A program made the position numbers and the translations under genes. The notes beneath the pieces were generated by a model that was not told where the DNA came from, did not search any database, and saw only the letters and a list, made by a program, of their open reading frames with translations. This document shows, piece after piece, positions 29,882-38,870 of a stretch of DNA of 64,000 nucleotides (position 1 is its first letter; each line of letters starts with the position of its first letter). The DNA comes from an uncultured Elusimicrobia bacterium. Lineage in GTDB: Bacteria; Elusimicrobiota; Endomicrobiia; DTEH01. The stretch covers positions 25,681 through 89,680 of the forward strand of contig CAZDUB010000007.1 in assembly GCA_964508565.1 (NCBI GenBank), given 5' to 3'.

Positions 29882-29906
29882 AAATACTCCTTTTTTTTAA
29901 ATATTA

Positions 29907-30575
29907 TTAAATTACTTTTTGTCCGTTGATTATCATCTCAAATTTACATCCAAGATAATTAGCAGCTCTTCTACACATAATCATCCTTGGTAAAAATATC
30001 TCAAAATATTCAATTATACTAGACAATTTAGTATCAATCTCTAAATTTAAAGAAATTATTTTTTTGTCGGCTAATACTTCTAAAAAATTTCGTTCTACAG
30101 CATAATTCACTCTATCGTGGATATCCAAAGATATCATTTTTGGATTTCTTACACGATTTTTATTAACATCAGACTTATCAGCTAATATCAGAGCTGCAGC
30201 AACTGGATTTATGGGTTCTCCAATCTCTTCTTCATGGTTCCCAACAGCAGAAATTATTAATGCTATTTCTTCTGGTGGCATACCCATCTCATAGAGTAGC
30301 TCCATAGCGATTATAGCAGAAGATTGCCCATGATCTTTTCTGTTTATAACATTACCAATATCATGTAAATATCCTGCTATAGATGCTAATTCACACATAC
30401 GCTCAGGATAACCAAGATATGCTAATACATTAGCAGCTAAAGCACTTACTACTGATACATGACGAAAACCATGTTCTGTATAACCAATAATACCTAAATA
30501 TTCATTAGCTGAATTAATAAAACTTATCACTATTGGATTGTTTTTTATTTCTTCTAAAGTGACTTTTTTGTTCAT
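29907..30575 (-). CDS. HD-domain phosphohydrolase
   Basis: 222 aa with the H...HD motif (GFRHVS...GYLHDIGN). Confidence 0.7.
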   Translation of the reverse strand: MNKKVTLEEIKNNPIVISFINSANEYLGIIGYTEHGFRHVSVVSALAANVLAYLGYPERMCELASIAGYLHDIGNVINRKDHGQSSAIIAMELLYEMGMPPEEIALIISAVGNHEEEIGEPINPVAAALILADKSDVNKNRVRNPKMISLDIHDRVNYAVERNFLEVLADKKIISLNLEIDTKLSSIIEYFEIFLPRMIMCRRAANYLGCKFEMIINGQKVI

Positions 30576-30586
30576 TTATACTAAAA

Positions 30587-30916
30587 TTATTTCTCTTTAT
30601 TTTCAGAAATTATTTGTGAAACTGTCGATTTTAAAACTTTAATTTTTACATTTTCAGCTATTTTTAATTCTACTATATTATCTTTAATATCTACTATTGT
30701 ACCATAAATTCCGTTTGATAATAAAACATAATCACCTTTTTTAAGCTTCTCCAACATTTGTTTATGTTGTTTTAATTTTTTTTGCTCTGGTACAATAAGA
30801 AGAAAATAAAAGATAAAAAAAATGGCAATTATTGGTATAAGACTTGCTATTCCGCCGGTTTGTTGCGTAGAACTGTTGCTTTTTGCACATTCTTGAGCAA
30901 ACAAAAATAAATTCAT
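30587..30916 (-). CDS. yajC: Preprotein translocase subunit YajC
   Basis: YajC core LIPIIAIFFIFYFLLIVPEQKK...GDYVLLSNGIYGTIV. I place the start at ATG 30914-30916, which is preceded by TAAGGAGG 7 nt upstream. The track ORF start at 30973 would overlap the promoter. Confidence 0.85.
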   Translation of the reverse strand: MNLFLFAQECAKSNSSTQQTGGIASLIPIIAIFFIFYFLLIVPEQKKLKQHKQMLEKLKKGDYVLLSNGIYGTIVDIKDNIVELKIAENVKIKVLKSTVSQIISENKEK

Positions 30917-30952
30917 CAATATCCTCCTTAATATTGATATGAAATGTTTTTT

Positions 30953-30981
30953 ATTATATAAGATAATTAACAAATTATCAA
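30953..30981 (-). promoter_or_regulatory. Candidate sigma70-type promoter of the yajC-HD-secDF operon
   Basis: On the minus strand, TTGATA (30981-30976), a 17-nt spacer, then TATAAT (30958-30953), about 35 nt upstream of the SD-supported yajC start. Confidence 0.45.
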
Positions 30982-31015
30982 TATTTTAAACAATATTTTT
31001 TAAATAGTTTGTTAG

Positions 31016-31698
31016 ATGATAAATAAAAACTCACTAATTGGTGGTTCCATATTTATCATAGTTTTATTTTTTAGCTTGTTGTATATCTTTCCAAGTAAAT
31101 TAATTACACAAACTAATAATAACAAATCATCAAAAATTGATGTACACACAATCATAAGAACACGCAGAAGCATTAGAAGTTTTAAACAAACTCCTATTAA
31201 CTTAGAAATACTTAAACAAATAGTTCGCGATGGAACACTTGCACCATCTGCCGATAACTTACAACCCTGGGAGTTTATTATTGTAACTGAAAAAGAAAAC
31301 TTATATTTGAAAATATCTACTGGCTAAGCACCGTAGGCAAACCACAACAAGATAAACAACCTCAAGCATATATAATTGTATTAGGTAACCCTCAAATAAG
31401 TAAAGAATACATATACGATTGTTCTGCAGCAATACAAAATATACTTTTGTCTGCTTGGGGATATGGAATAGGAAGTTGTTGGATTGGCGATATTAATAGG
31501 GAGATTATCTATAAGTATTTTAATATACCACATACTTTAAAAATTGTTGCAATTGTAGCATTAGGTTATCATGATGAAGAAAATACTTATAAAGTTAAAC
31601 CTTCAATAAAGAATTTATTACCTTATAAGGAAGGAAATAAAATAATTGTTCCTAAAAGAAAATTAGATAATATATTACATTTGGAAAACTATTATTAA
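31016..31698 (+). pseudogene. Nitroreductase-family gene with an N-terminal TM/signal helix, split by a 1-nt frameshift
   Basis: Track ORFs 31016-31327 (RRSIRSF...APSADNLQPWEFIIV) and 31447-31698 (LLSAWGYGIGSCWIG...) are the two halves of one nitroreductase fold. The second frame is open from 31291, so the shift lies in aaaagaaaac at 31291-31300. Confidence 0.8.
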
Positions 31699-32366
31699 CG
31701 TAAAAAAGAATGTAATTTTTCTCTATTTAGTACAACAATTTTATTCCTTAAATGTTTTATAACTTCTATTTTTTCTAACAAACTTAAAACTCTTGAAACT
31801 GTTTCTCTTGAGGCGACCACTTTTTGTGAAAGTAAATTTACATTTAAATCTATTTTATCTGAATCTTTAGTCAATGTCAAAAGTTCAAATACAACACGAT
31901 TTAATACAGGCATAAATGCTAAATTTTTGACTTCTTTATCCGTTTCTAAAATGTGAGCTATCAAAATTTTTATTATATTCATTAACATTTCTTTATTTCT
32001 ATATAATAAATTACTAAAATCTTTGTATTTAATTATTCCTATAATAGAATCTTCTAACGCTTCACAATTAGCAGCTCTACATTTTATAAAAAATCCTATT
32101 TCTCCAAATACATCCCCTACACACAGCTGCTTTATAGCAACTCGTTTGCGTTTATTTTCAAAATAAACTTGTATTTTGCCAGAAATAACAATAAACACAT
32201 CTTTACCTTTTTGTTGTTCCAAAACAATTTTCTCTTTTTTACTTACGAAATAAGGTTGAATTATATCAGCTGTTTTATTGATATGAGCCTCTTTTAAACC
32301 AGAAAATAATATTGAGTTATATAAAGCAACTTTTATTTGATTTTTGTCAATCTTTATCTTTTTCAT
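31695..32366 (-). CDS. Crp/Fnr-family transcriptional regulator
   Basis: 223 aa. cNMP-binding beta-barrel (GDVFGEIGF) plus a C-terminal HTH (SRETVSRVLSLLE). Confidence 0.8.
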   Translation of the reverse strand: MKKIKIDKNQIKVALYNSILFSGLKEAHINKTADIIQPYFVSKKEKIVLEQQKGKDVFIVISGKIQVYFENKRKRVAIKQLCVGDVFGEIGFFIKCRAANCEALEDSIIGIIKYKDFSNLLYRNKEMLMNIIKILIAHILETDKEVKNLAFMPVLNRVVFELLTLTKDSDKIDLNVNLLSQKVVASRETVSRVLSLLEKIEVIKHLRNKIVVLNREKLHSFLR

Positions 32367-32977
32367 AAGTATTTTTTAATCTCTTCTTGAGACGACATTA
32401 TTCCGCCAGAAACAATGATTCTTAACGCTTCATCTACATTAATAGTGGTTGGTTTTATTTCTTCTTTTGGAAAGAAAACAAGATATCCTGTAGTGGGATT
32501 TGGAGTAGATGGTATAAAGACACCAAATTTGTCTTCTGTTTCTACAGTGACAATACCTAAAGAATAGATACCCTTTCTTGGATATTCAACTATAACAACT
32601 TTGTTTCCTTTAATTCCCTTGTACTCTGTAAAAAAGTTTACTAATTTTTTTGATGTTACATAAATATCGTTTACTATGGGAAATTTTATAAAAATATTTT
32701 CTATTGATTTCAAAATATTTTTTCCTATAATAGTATTAGTTACTAATCCAAAAAGATATATAAAAAACAGAGATAAAAAAAAACTTATAAGTCTTACAAA
32801 AAATTCATTTTCTGGGATTTTGAAAAAAAACATAAATGCAAGTATAAAAGGAGCAGCTATATTAGAAATTAGTTTAAAAAATAACCAAACTATATACAAA
32901 GTTATCCATACAGGTATAAATAATAAAAGCCCCGTTATGAAATGTTTAGTTAATTTCTTTGAAAATTCTTTTTTCAT
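32363..32977 (-). CDS. DUF502-family membrane protein
   Basis: 204 aa. Two N-terminal TM helices and a conserved PSTPNPTTGY motif. Confidence 0.7.
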   Translation of the reverse strand: MKKEFSKKLTKHFITGLLLFIPVWITLYIVWLFFKLISNIAAPFILAFMFFFKIPENEFFVRLISFFLSLFFIYLFGLVTNTIIGKNILKSIENIFIKFPIVNDIYVTSKKLVNFFTEYKGIKGNKVVIVEYPRKGIYSLGIVTVETEDKFGVFIPSTPNPTTGYLVFFPKEEIKPTTINVDEALRIIVSGGIMSSQEEIKKYL

Positions 32978-32978
32978 T

Positions 32979-33440
32979 TTATCTAAACATGTAACGTATA
33001 CCTATTGCAGGAGCAATTGAAGCCTTTGTAGATGGGACTACATTAATTGTAGGGGCTAATTTCACAAAAATATTAAAAGGTATATCAGAAAATATGTATT
33101 CTAATCCTATAACGAATCTTAAAGCTAAATGTAGTTCATCTCCTATATTTATAGCTCTTATCCCTAATCCATAAAATATTGGAAAAGAACCGCTCAGTTC
33201 TTTAGAAGTAATTTTACTATAGTCATACTTCAACACATCCCAACTTAAATAAAGATAATTATCAGAAGTATTAAAGTTCAAACCCACATCATGTGCTAAA
33301 TTTTTAGATGGGCTTATTTTTAGAGAAATACCGGTAGGTTCTCCTAAAACTACACCTATTGAAAACTCTGCTTTTACAGCTACAACTAAACTTATTAACA
33401 AGTAAAAAAACAGAGATAGAAATTTTATTTTTTTGTCCAT
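32979..33440 (-). CDS. Small outer-membrane beta-barrel-like protein
   Basis: 153 aa. Signal peptide ending AVKAEF, alternating hydrophobic strands, and an aromatic-rich C-terminus IGIRYMFR. Confidence 0.5.
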   Translation of the reverse strand: MDKKIKFLSLFFYLLISLVVAVKAEFSIGVVLGEPTGISLKISPSKNLAHDVGLNFNTSDNYLYLSWDVLKYDYSKITSKELSGSFPIFYGLGIRAINIGDELHLALRFVIGLEYIFSDIPFNIFVKLAPTINVVPSTKASIAPAIGIRYMFR

Positions 33441-33492
33441 ATATCTATTCCCTCCTACACTTAAAAATTTTTATAAAAAAATAATAAAAAAT

Positions 33493-34233
33493 TTACTCAC
33501 CAAAATCAAGCCTTGTAATTAAAAATTCAGGCATATTTAATAACAACATCTTCTTCTGAGTAAAACTAATATTATACTCCTCTCGATTAAATTTGACTAT
33601 CTTTTTTTCTAAATCAAAAATGACATAACAAGCACGGTTGTCACCGTCTCTTGGCTGTCCAACTGAGCCAACATTTATTATATATTTCTTATCACTTTCT
33701 ATCTCAAAAACATTTTTCTTGTCGGTGTAAAAAATTTCTGATTTTTCTGTTTTTGGATCAAAAGAATATAAAAGTGGAAAGTGTGTATGGCCACAAAAAC
33801 AAATTTTTTGTTTCATAAATTTTGCATTAATTTTTAAAGAACTAAAATCCATTAAATATTCATAAATATTATCTCTGGGTGAACCATGTACAAACAAAAT
33901 CTCACTATTTCCTTCAACAAATGTATTTAAACTATCAAGAAAGTTAAAATTGTCAAAACTGATAAGTTTTTTATTTATTATTATTGCTTCTATTGCATCT
34001 TTGTTAAACCAACTTAAATCAGCCCTACCCAATACGGCAACATCATGGTTACCTAATATTGATACAATGTGTTCTTTTTTTATCAAATCAATACACTTAT
34101 CAGGATCTGGCCCATATCCCACTATATCTCCACAACAGAATATTTTGTCAACTTTCTCATTTTTAATTCTTTCAATCACAACACTTAATGCTTCATAATT
34201 AGAATGGATGTCGGAAATTATAGCATATTTCAT
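33493..34233 (-). CDS. Metallophosphoesterase (calcineurin-like)
   Basis: 246 aa with DIHSN, GDIVGYGPDP, GNHD and GHTH motifs. Confidence 0.8.
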   Translation of the reverse strand: MKYAIISDIHSNYEALSVVIERIKNEKVDKIFCCGDIVGYGPDPDKCIDLIKKEHIVSILGNHDVAVLGRADLSWFNKDAIEAIIINKKLISFDNFNFLDSLNTFVEGNSEILFVHGSPRDNIYEYLMDFSSLKINAKFMKQKICFCGHTHFPLLYSFDPKTEKSEIFYTDKKNVFEIESDKKYIINVGSVGQPRDGDNRACYVIFDLEKKIVKFNREEYNISFTQKKMLLLNMPEFLITRLDFGE

Positions 34234-34237
34234 TATA

Positions 34238-35962
34238 TTAAAGTTTTATGTGTTGTAGCTCTACTAAAGATTTATAAAATTTACTATTTAAAATGAGTTG
34301 TTGGTGTGTTCCTTGTTCTATTAAACTGCCATTTGAGAATACATAGATATAGTCAAAATCTACCACAAGATTTAATCTGTGAGTTATAAGTATAATTGTT
34401 TTGTTACAAGAAATTTTTTTAATAGCATCTAAAACTACCGCTTCTGACTCTGCATCTAGTGCAGATGTTGGTTCATCAAATATTAAAATCTCAGGGTTTG
34501 TAAGTAATGCCCTTGCAATAGCTATTCTTTGTTTTTCTCCACCACTAAGTGTTGCTCCTCTTTCACCTACTATTGTATCAAACTTCTGCGGTAAATTATT
34601 AATAAAATCATAAATATTAGCTAATTTAGTAGCATTTTCTACATCTTCCATTGTTGCGTTTTGGTTACCATATGTTAAATTATAAAGTATTGTATTATTA
34701 AACAAAAAAGTATCTTGGACAACAACACCAAATAATGCTCTTAAACTTTTTAAAGAGAAATTTTTTATATTAACTCCGTCAATAAGGATTTCTCCATCTT
34801 TCACATCGTAAAATCTTAACAAAAGATTAAGTATAGTACTCTTTCCAGAACCTGACGGACCTACTATAGCTACTTTTTGTCCTTTTTTTATTTCGAATGA
34901 AATATTTTTTAATATGGTTTTTTGATTGTCATATGAAAAAGTAATGTTTTTAAACTCAATTTTATTTGTAAATTTAGCTTTTAAAGGATTGTTTATCTCA
35001 ACAACAGTCGGTTGTTGTCTTAAAATTTCTGATATTCTTTCTAAAGAAACTACTCCTTGCTGAATTATAGGATTTAACTCTGACACCCTTTTTAATGGTT
35101 GATAAAACGACAGAGCCGTTGCTAAAAAAGCAAAAAAACTACCAGGTGTCCACTTACCAGAAATTACATCCGAACCACCAAGTAAAATAACCACAGCAAC
35201 TCCCAGTGCGCCTATAAATTCCATTACAGGTGAAGAAAGGTATTCAACTCGAGAAAATTTCTTTATAGCAATAAATACATTGTTATTATACTTTTCAAAA
35301 TTTTTTATTTCTCGTTCTTGTTGATTAAAAACTTGTGTTGTAAAAATAGCTGATATACTTTCTTGAATGTTATTGTATAAATTAGCAATCTCGGATTGTG
35401 TTTTTTTAGAATAATGTTTTAGTTTTTTAGTAAATACATAAACTGGCAATAGCGCTATAGGTAAAACAATTAAGCTTAATAAAGCAAATTTTAAAGAAAG
35501 ATAAAATAAAACAAAAATTAACCCAATCATAGTTATAGTATCCGTGATTAATATAGACGGGACTTTATTTAACATTACAAACACATTATTTAAATCATTG
35601 GTTAATCTGGCTAATGTATGTCCCGTTGTTGTTTTCATTACAAAAAAATCAATTGAGATATTTTGTAAATGCTTATATGTATCAAATCTCAAATCTTTTA
35701 CAACGCTATTGGCAATAATCATATTAAAATAATTTTTAACATACATAAGTATACCAATAAGTAGATATATCAAAGGAATTGATAAAGTAAGCAAAGTTAA
35801 AGTTTTTAAATCTTTAAAATAAAAAATTTTGTCCACTACTACTTTTACTAACCACCTGCTTCCAGAAGTTAATACACCAACTAAGACCATACATATAGTA
35901 GAAATTATAAACTTACCTTTATGCTGTTTTAAATAAGAATAAATGAACTCAATTTTTTTCAT
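34238..35962 (-). CDS. msbA: ABC exporter, MsbA-like lipid A flippase
   Basis: 574 aa. Six-TM exporter domain plus an NBD (GPSGSGKST, LSGGEKQRIAIARAL). Overlaps lpxB within the lipid A cluster. Confidence 0.7.
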   Translation of the reverse strand: MKKIEFIYSYLKQHKGKFIISTICMVLVGVLTSGSRWLVKVVVDKIFYFKDLKTLTLLTLSIPLIYLLIGILMYVKNYFNMIIANSVVKDLRFDTYKHLQNISIDFFVMKTTTGHTLARLTNDLNNVFVMLNKVPSILITDTITMIGLIFVLFYLSLKFALLSLIVLPIALLPVYVFTKKLKHYSKKTQSEIANLYNNIQESISAIFTTQVFNQQEREIKNFEKYNNNVFIAIKKFSRVEYLSSPVMEFIGALGVAVVILLGGSDVISGKWTPGSFFAFLATALSFYQPLKRVSELNPIIQQGVVSLERISEILRQQPTVVEINNPLKAKFTNKIEFKNITFSYDNQKTILKNISFEIKKGQKVAIVGPSGSGKSTILNLLLRFYDVKDGEILIDGVNIKNFSLKSLRALFGVVVQDTFLFNNTILYNLTYGNQNATMEDVENATKLANIYDFINNLPQKFDTIVGERGATLSGGEKQRIAIARALLTNPEILIFDEPTSALDAESEAVVLDAIKKISCNKTIILITHRLNLVVDFDYIYVFSNGSLIEQGTHQQLILNSKFYKSLVELQHIKL

Positions 35963-37088
35963 AAAGATAATTTATGATATGTCTTGCTACATATTCTGAA
36001 ACATTTTTGTTAACAAACAAGATATTTTTTATTTTTTTATATTCTGTTAAAATATTCCCAAGGAAAAGCTCATCATTATAAATTTTTTCTATTATTAAAC
36101 ATATATCTTTTGGATTTATATTTTTTATAAATTCAGGTATTACTTCTTTATTTAACATTATATTAGGTAAAGATATATATTTTATATAAACTAACTGTTT
36201 TATAAGCCAATACATACTTAATGGCAAATTGTATACTACTATAGTAGGTACATCATAAAAAACATTTTCTAACACGACTGTACCACTCACAGAAATAGCA
36301 ACATATATTTTTTTCCTTAATTCATCTCTATTTGAATAACAAAAAATCAATCTATCATGATAATCTTTTTTTAAATATCTATATATAATTTTTTGATAAA
36401 TTTTTTCATATTTTTGAAAACCAAAAATCACAAATTTTTTATCCTTAACAGGATCTGTCTCTATATAATGTTCAAGTATTTTTAACATTACAGGCAAGTT
36501 CCAGCTAATAACTTGCTTTCTGCTACCTGGAAATATGCCAATTAAATTTTTATCTTTTTCTACATATGAGGTATCACTTATAATATCTGTGATAGGATGT
36601 CCAAAATAGTAAGCTTTTATCCCATTATTTAAAAAAATATCACGTTCAAAAGGATAAATATTTATTACAAAATCTACATATTTTTTAATCTTTTTGATTC
36701 TATTTTTTCTTGAAGCCCATACCTGAGGAGTAATATAGTATACAACTTTTATTCCTAACTTTTTAGCTAATTTAGATACTCTTATATTAAAACCGTAATA
36801 ATCTAATAAAACTACTAAATTAATTTTATGCTTAATTAAAATTTTCTTAACTTTACTTAATAATTTCAGAAATTTAAAAAACTGAGTAAACGGTGAAAAG
36901 AAACCATGCGCATCATAACTTACAATATCTTCAATAAATTCGTCAGATAAATTTTTTACATTCTCACCACCTAAAACAAATTTTTTGATATTACTATCAA
37001 TTTTGGATATTTTCTCTAATAATTTACCAAGATATATTTCTGCCGACTTATCACCGCATACAAATAATATGTTATTATTTTCGTTCAT
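35949..37088 (-). CDS. lpxB: Lipid-A-disaccharide synthase
   Basis: 379 aa with a GT19-like N-terminus ILFVCGDKSAEIY. Sits in the lpx cluster. Confidence 0.75.
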   Translation of the reverse strand: MNENNNILFVCGDKSAEIYLGKLLEKISKIDSNIKKFVLGGENVKNLSDEFIEDIVSYDAHGFFSPFTQFFKFLKLLSKVKKILIKHKINLVVLLDYYGFNIRVSKLAKKLGIKVVYYITPQVWASRKNRIKKIKKYVDFVINIYPFERDIFLNNGIKAYYFGHPITDIISDTSYVEKDKNLIGIFPGSRKQVISWNLPVMLKILEHYIETDPVKDKKFVIFGFQKYEKIYQKIIYRYLKKDYHDRLIFCYSNRDELRKKIYVAISVSGTVVLENVFYDVPTIVVYNLPLSMYWLIKQLVYIKYISLPNIMLNKEVIPEFIKNINPKDICLIIEKIYNDELFLGNILTEYKKIKNILFVNKNVSEYVARHIINYLYEKN

Positions 37089-38022
37089 TAATTTTAATTT
37101 GATTTACAATTTCGATAGCTACACTTAATGCATCTTTAGCTTCTTCACCCGTTACAACCGGTCTTCGTTTTTCTAACACTGAATTAACAAAACTTTCTAA
37201 CTCTAATTTTAATGGTTCTTCTCTTTTTATTTTGGGCCTAATTAATTCTATATCACTCATTGAAAAGATTTCTGATTTTTTCTTTTTATAAATTTTTGCC
37301 TGTTGACGCATAAAATCTAATGATAAATAACTATCTGGTTGGAATATGCGCATCTTCCTATATTTTGTAGGAGAAATTCTAGAAGCTGTAAGATCACAAA
37401 CACAACCATTCTCAAACCTTAATCTTGCTTTTACAATGTCTTCTTTATCTGTAAAAACTTTGGCTCCATAAGATTCAACAGAACATAATTTACTTTTAAC
37501 AAAACAAAGTATTATGTCTATATCATGTATCATCAAATCTAAAACAACACCAACATCTGCTACTCTTGGGTCAAAACTACTTAATCTTGTAGATTCAATA
37601 AACACTGGATGTGTAATATAATTTTTTAAAGATTGAACTACAGGATTGAACCTTTCTACATGTCCTACTTGGATAATTAAGTTATTTTGTTTTGCAATTG
37701 AAATTAATTCCTCTGCTTCTTGAAGAGTTGTAGTTATTGGCTTTTCTATTAAAACATGTTTACCTGCTAATAACAAATCTTTAGATATTGAAAAGTGATA
37801 TTTCGTAGGTACTACTACACTAAAAACATCTGCTTTTGGAATAGCTTCTCTATAATCTTGAAAAAATTCCGCATCTGGATATAATGTCTTATATTTATTA
37901 ATTTTTTCTGAATCTACATCTACAATAGCTGTCAATTTTACATTAGACATTGAATAATAAATCCTTGCATGATGTTGTCCAAGATTTCCTATCCCAATTA
38001 CTCCTACATTTAGTTTTTTCAT
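37075..38022 (-). CDS. Gfo/Idh/MocA-family NAD-dependent oxidoreductase
   Basis: 315 aa with Rossmann motif VGVIGIGNLGQHH and EKP motif VLIEKP. Overlaps both lpxI and lpxB. Confidence 0.8.
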   Translation of the reverse strand: MKKLNVGVIGIGNLGQHHARIYYSMSNVKLTAIVDVDSEKINKYKTLYPDAEFFQDYREAIPKADVFSVVVPTKYHFSISKDLLLAGKHVLIEKPITTTLQEAEELISIAKQNNLIIQVGHVERFNPVVQSLKNYITHPVFIESTRLSSFDPRVADVGVVLDLMIHDIDIILCFVKSKLCSVESYGAKVFTDKEDIVKARLRFENGCVCDLTASRISPTKYRKMRIFQPDSYLSLDFMRQQAKIYKKKKSEIFSMSDIELIRPKIKREEPLKLELESFVNSVLEKRRPVVTGEEAKDALSVAIEIVNQIKINERK

Positions 38023-38849
38023 ATCCCAAATAATTTTATCTTGTATCTTTTAGACTTTTCAATAACTTCTTGCTTGTTTAAAATCAGTGTTTTATCACTT
38101 TCTACTGCTAATACACTAGCTTTTGCTAATTTTAAAACTTTTATTGTTTTAGGTCCAATTACTGGTAAATCAAATCTCATATCTTGGTTATGTCGGGCTA
38201 CTTTTACTACTACACAATTTTTTCCTGCTATTTTTTTTGCTCTTAATATACAGTTATCTGTTCCTTCTAACGCTTCAACTGCTACAACTATTTTGTTTTT
38301 TACAACAACGGTTAATCCTATATCTAAATCGGCAATTTGTTTGGCAATATCGTATCCAAAATTTATATCTTCAATTTCTTCTTGTGTCAATTTTAAACCA
38401 TTTATTTCGCCTTTTTCAGCAAAACTTTTTTTTAAATATTTATTTATTGGTTCGATGGTTATATTTAACTTTCCGAATTCTGTTGACAAGTTATAAAAAA
38501 TATCCATTGCTTTTCTTGTCTTTAAATTGCGGATAAAATCTTCTGTTTTCTTATCCTGGAAAGATAAATTCTTTAACAGAATTTTGTGCGGAAGATAGCC
38601 TAAAAGTACTGTTTTGTTTACATCATTATTTCTAAAAAAATTTATAACTTCTGAAAGATTCCAATCGCTTAACAACTTAAAAGACTTACAATATTTATGA
38701 AGTCTCTTATTAGTATATCCTTTAAAACCTACAATATAAAAATCTACATTTTTAACTTCGTCAACAAAAATCTCCGGAAGTAAACCATATCCTGCAATTA
38801 TACCCAACTTAGGCTTCTCATTAGCAGAAACAATGTTGTTTGCATTCAT
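38019..38849 (-). CDS. lpxI: UDP-2,3-diacylglucosamine pyrophosphatase LpxI (DUF1009)
   Basis: 276 aa with LGIIAGYGLLP and VEALEGTDNCI motifs. Located between lpxA and lpxB. Confidence 0.75.
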   Translation of the reverse strand: MNANNIVSANEKPKLGIIAGYGLLPEIFVDEVKNVDFYIVGFKGYTNKRLHKYCKSFKLLSDWNLSEVINFFRNNDVNKTVLLGYLPHKILLKNLSFQDKKTEDFIRNLKTRKAMDIFYNLSTEFGKLNITIEPINKYLKKSFAEKGEINGLKLTQEEIEDINFGYDIAKQIADLDIGLTVVVKNKIVVAVEALEGTDNCILRAKKIAGKNCVVVKVARHNQDMRFDLPVIGPKTIKVLKLAKASVLAVESDKTLILNKQEVIEKSKRYKIKLFGI

Positions 38850-38870
38850 TTAATTGTCAAAATAATTTTT

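Noticed and set aside
30917-30973. 19-codon N-terminal extension of YajC in the track ORF
   Set aside because: The internal ATG at 30914-30916 has a strong TAAGGAGG SD. The extension would also overlap a TTGATA-N17-TATAAT promoter and is not YajC-like.
31288-31300. Programmed -1 ribosomal frameshift in the nitroreductase
   Set aside because: The zero-frame codons GAA AAA GAA do not form an X XXY YYZ slippery heptamer; the A-site GAA would re-pair with AGA. I see no downstream stimulatory structure. A simple indel is more parsimonious.
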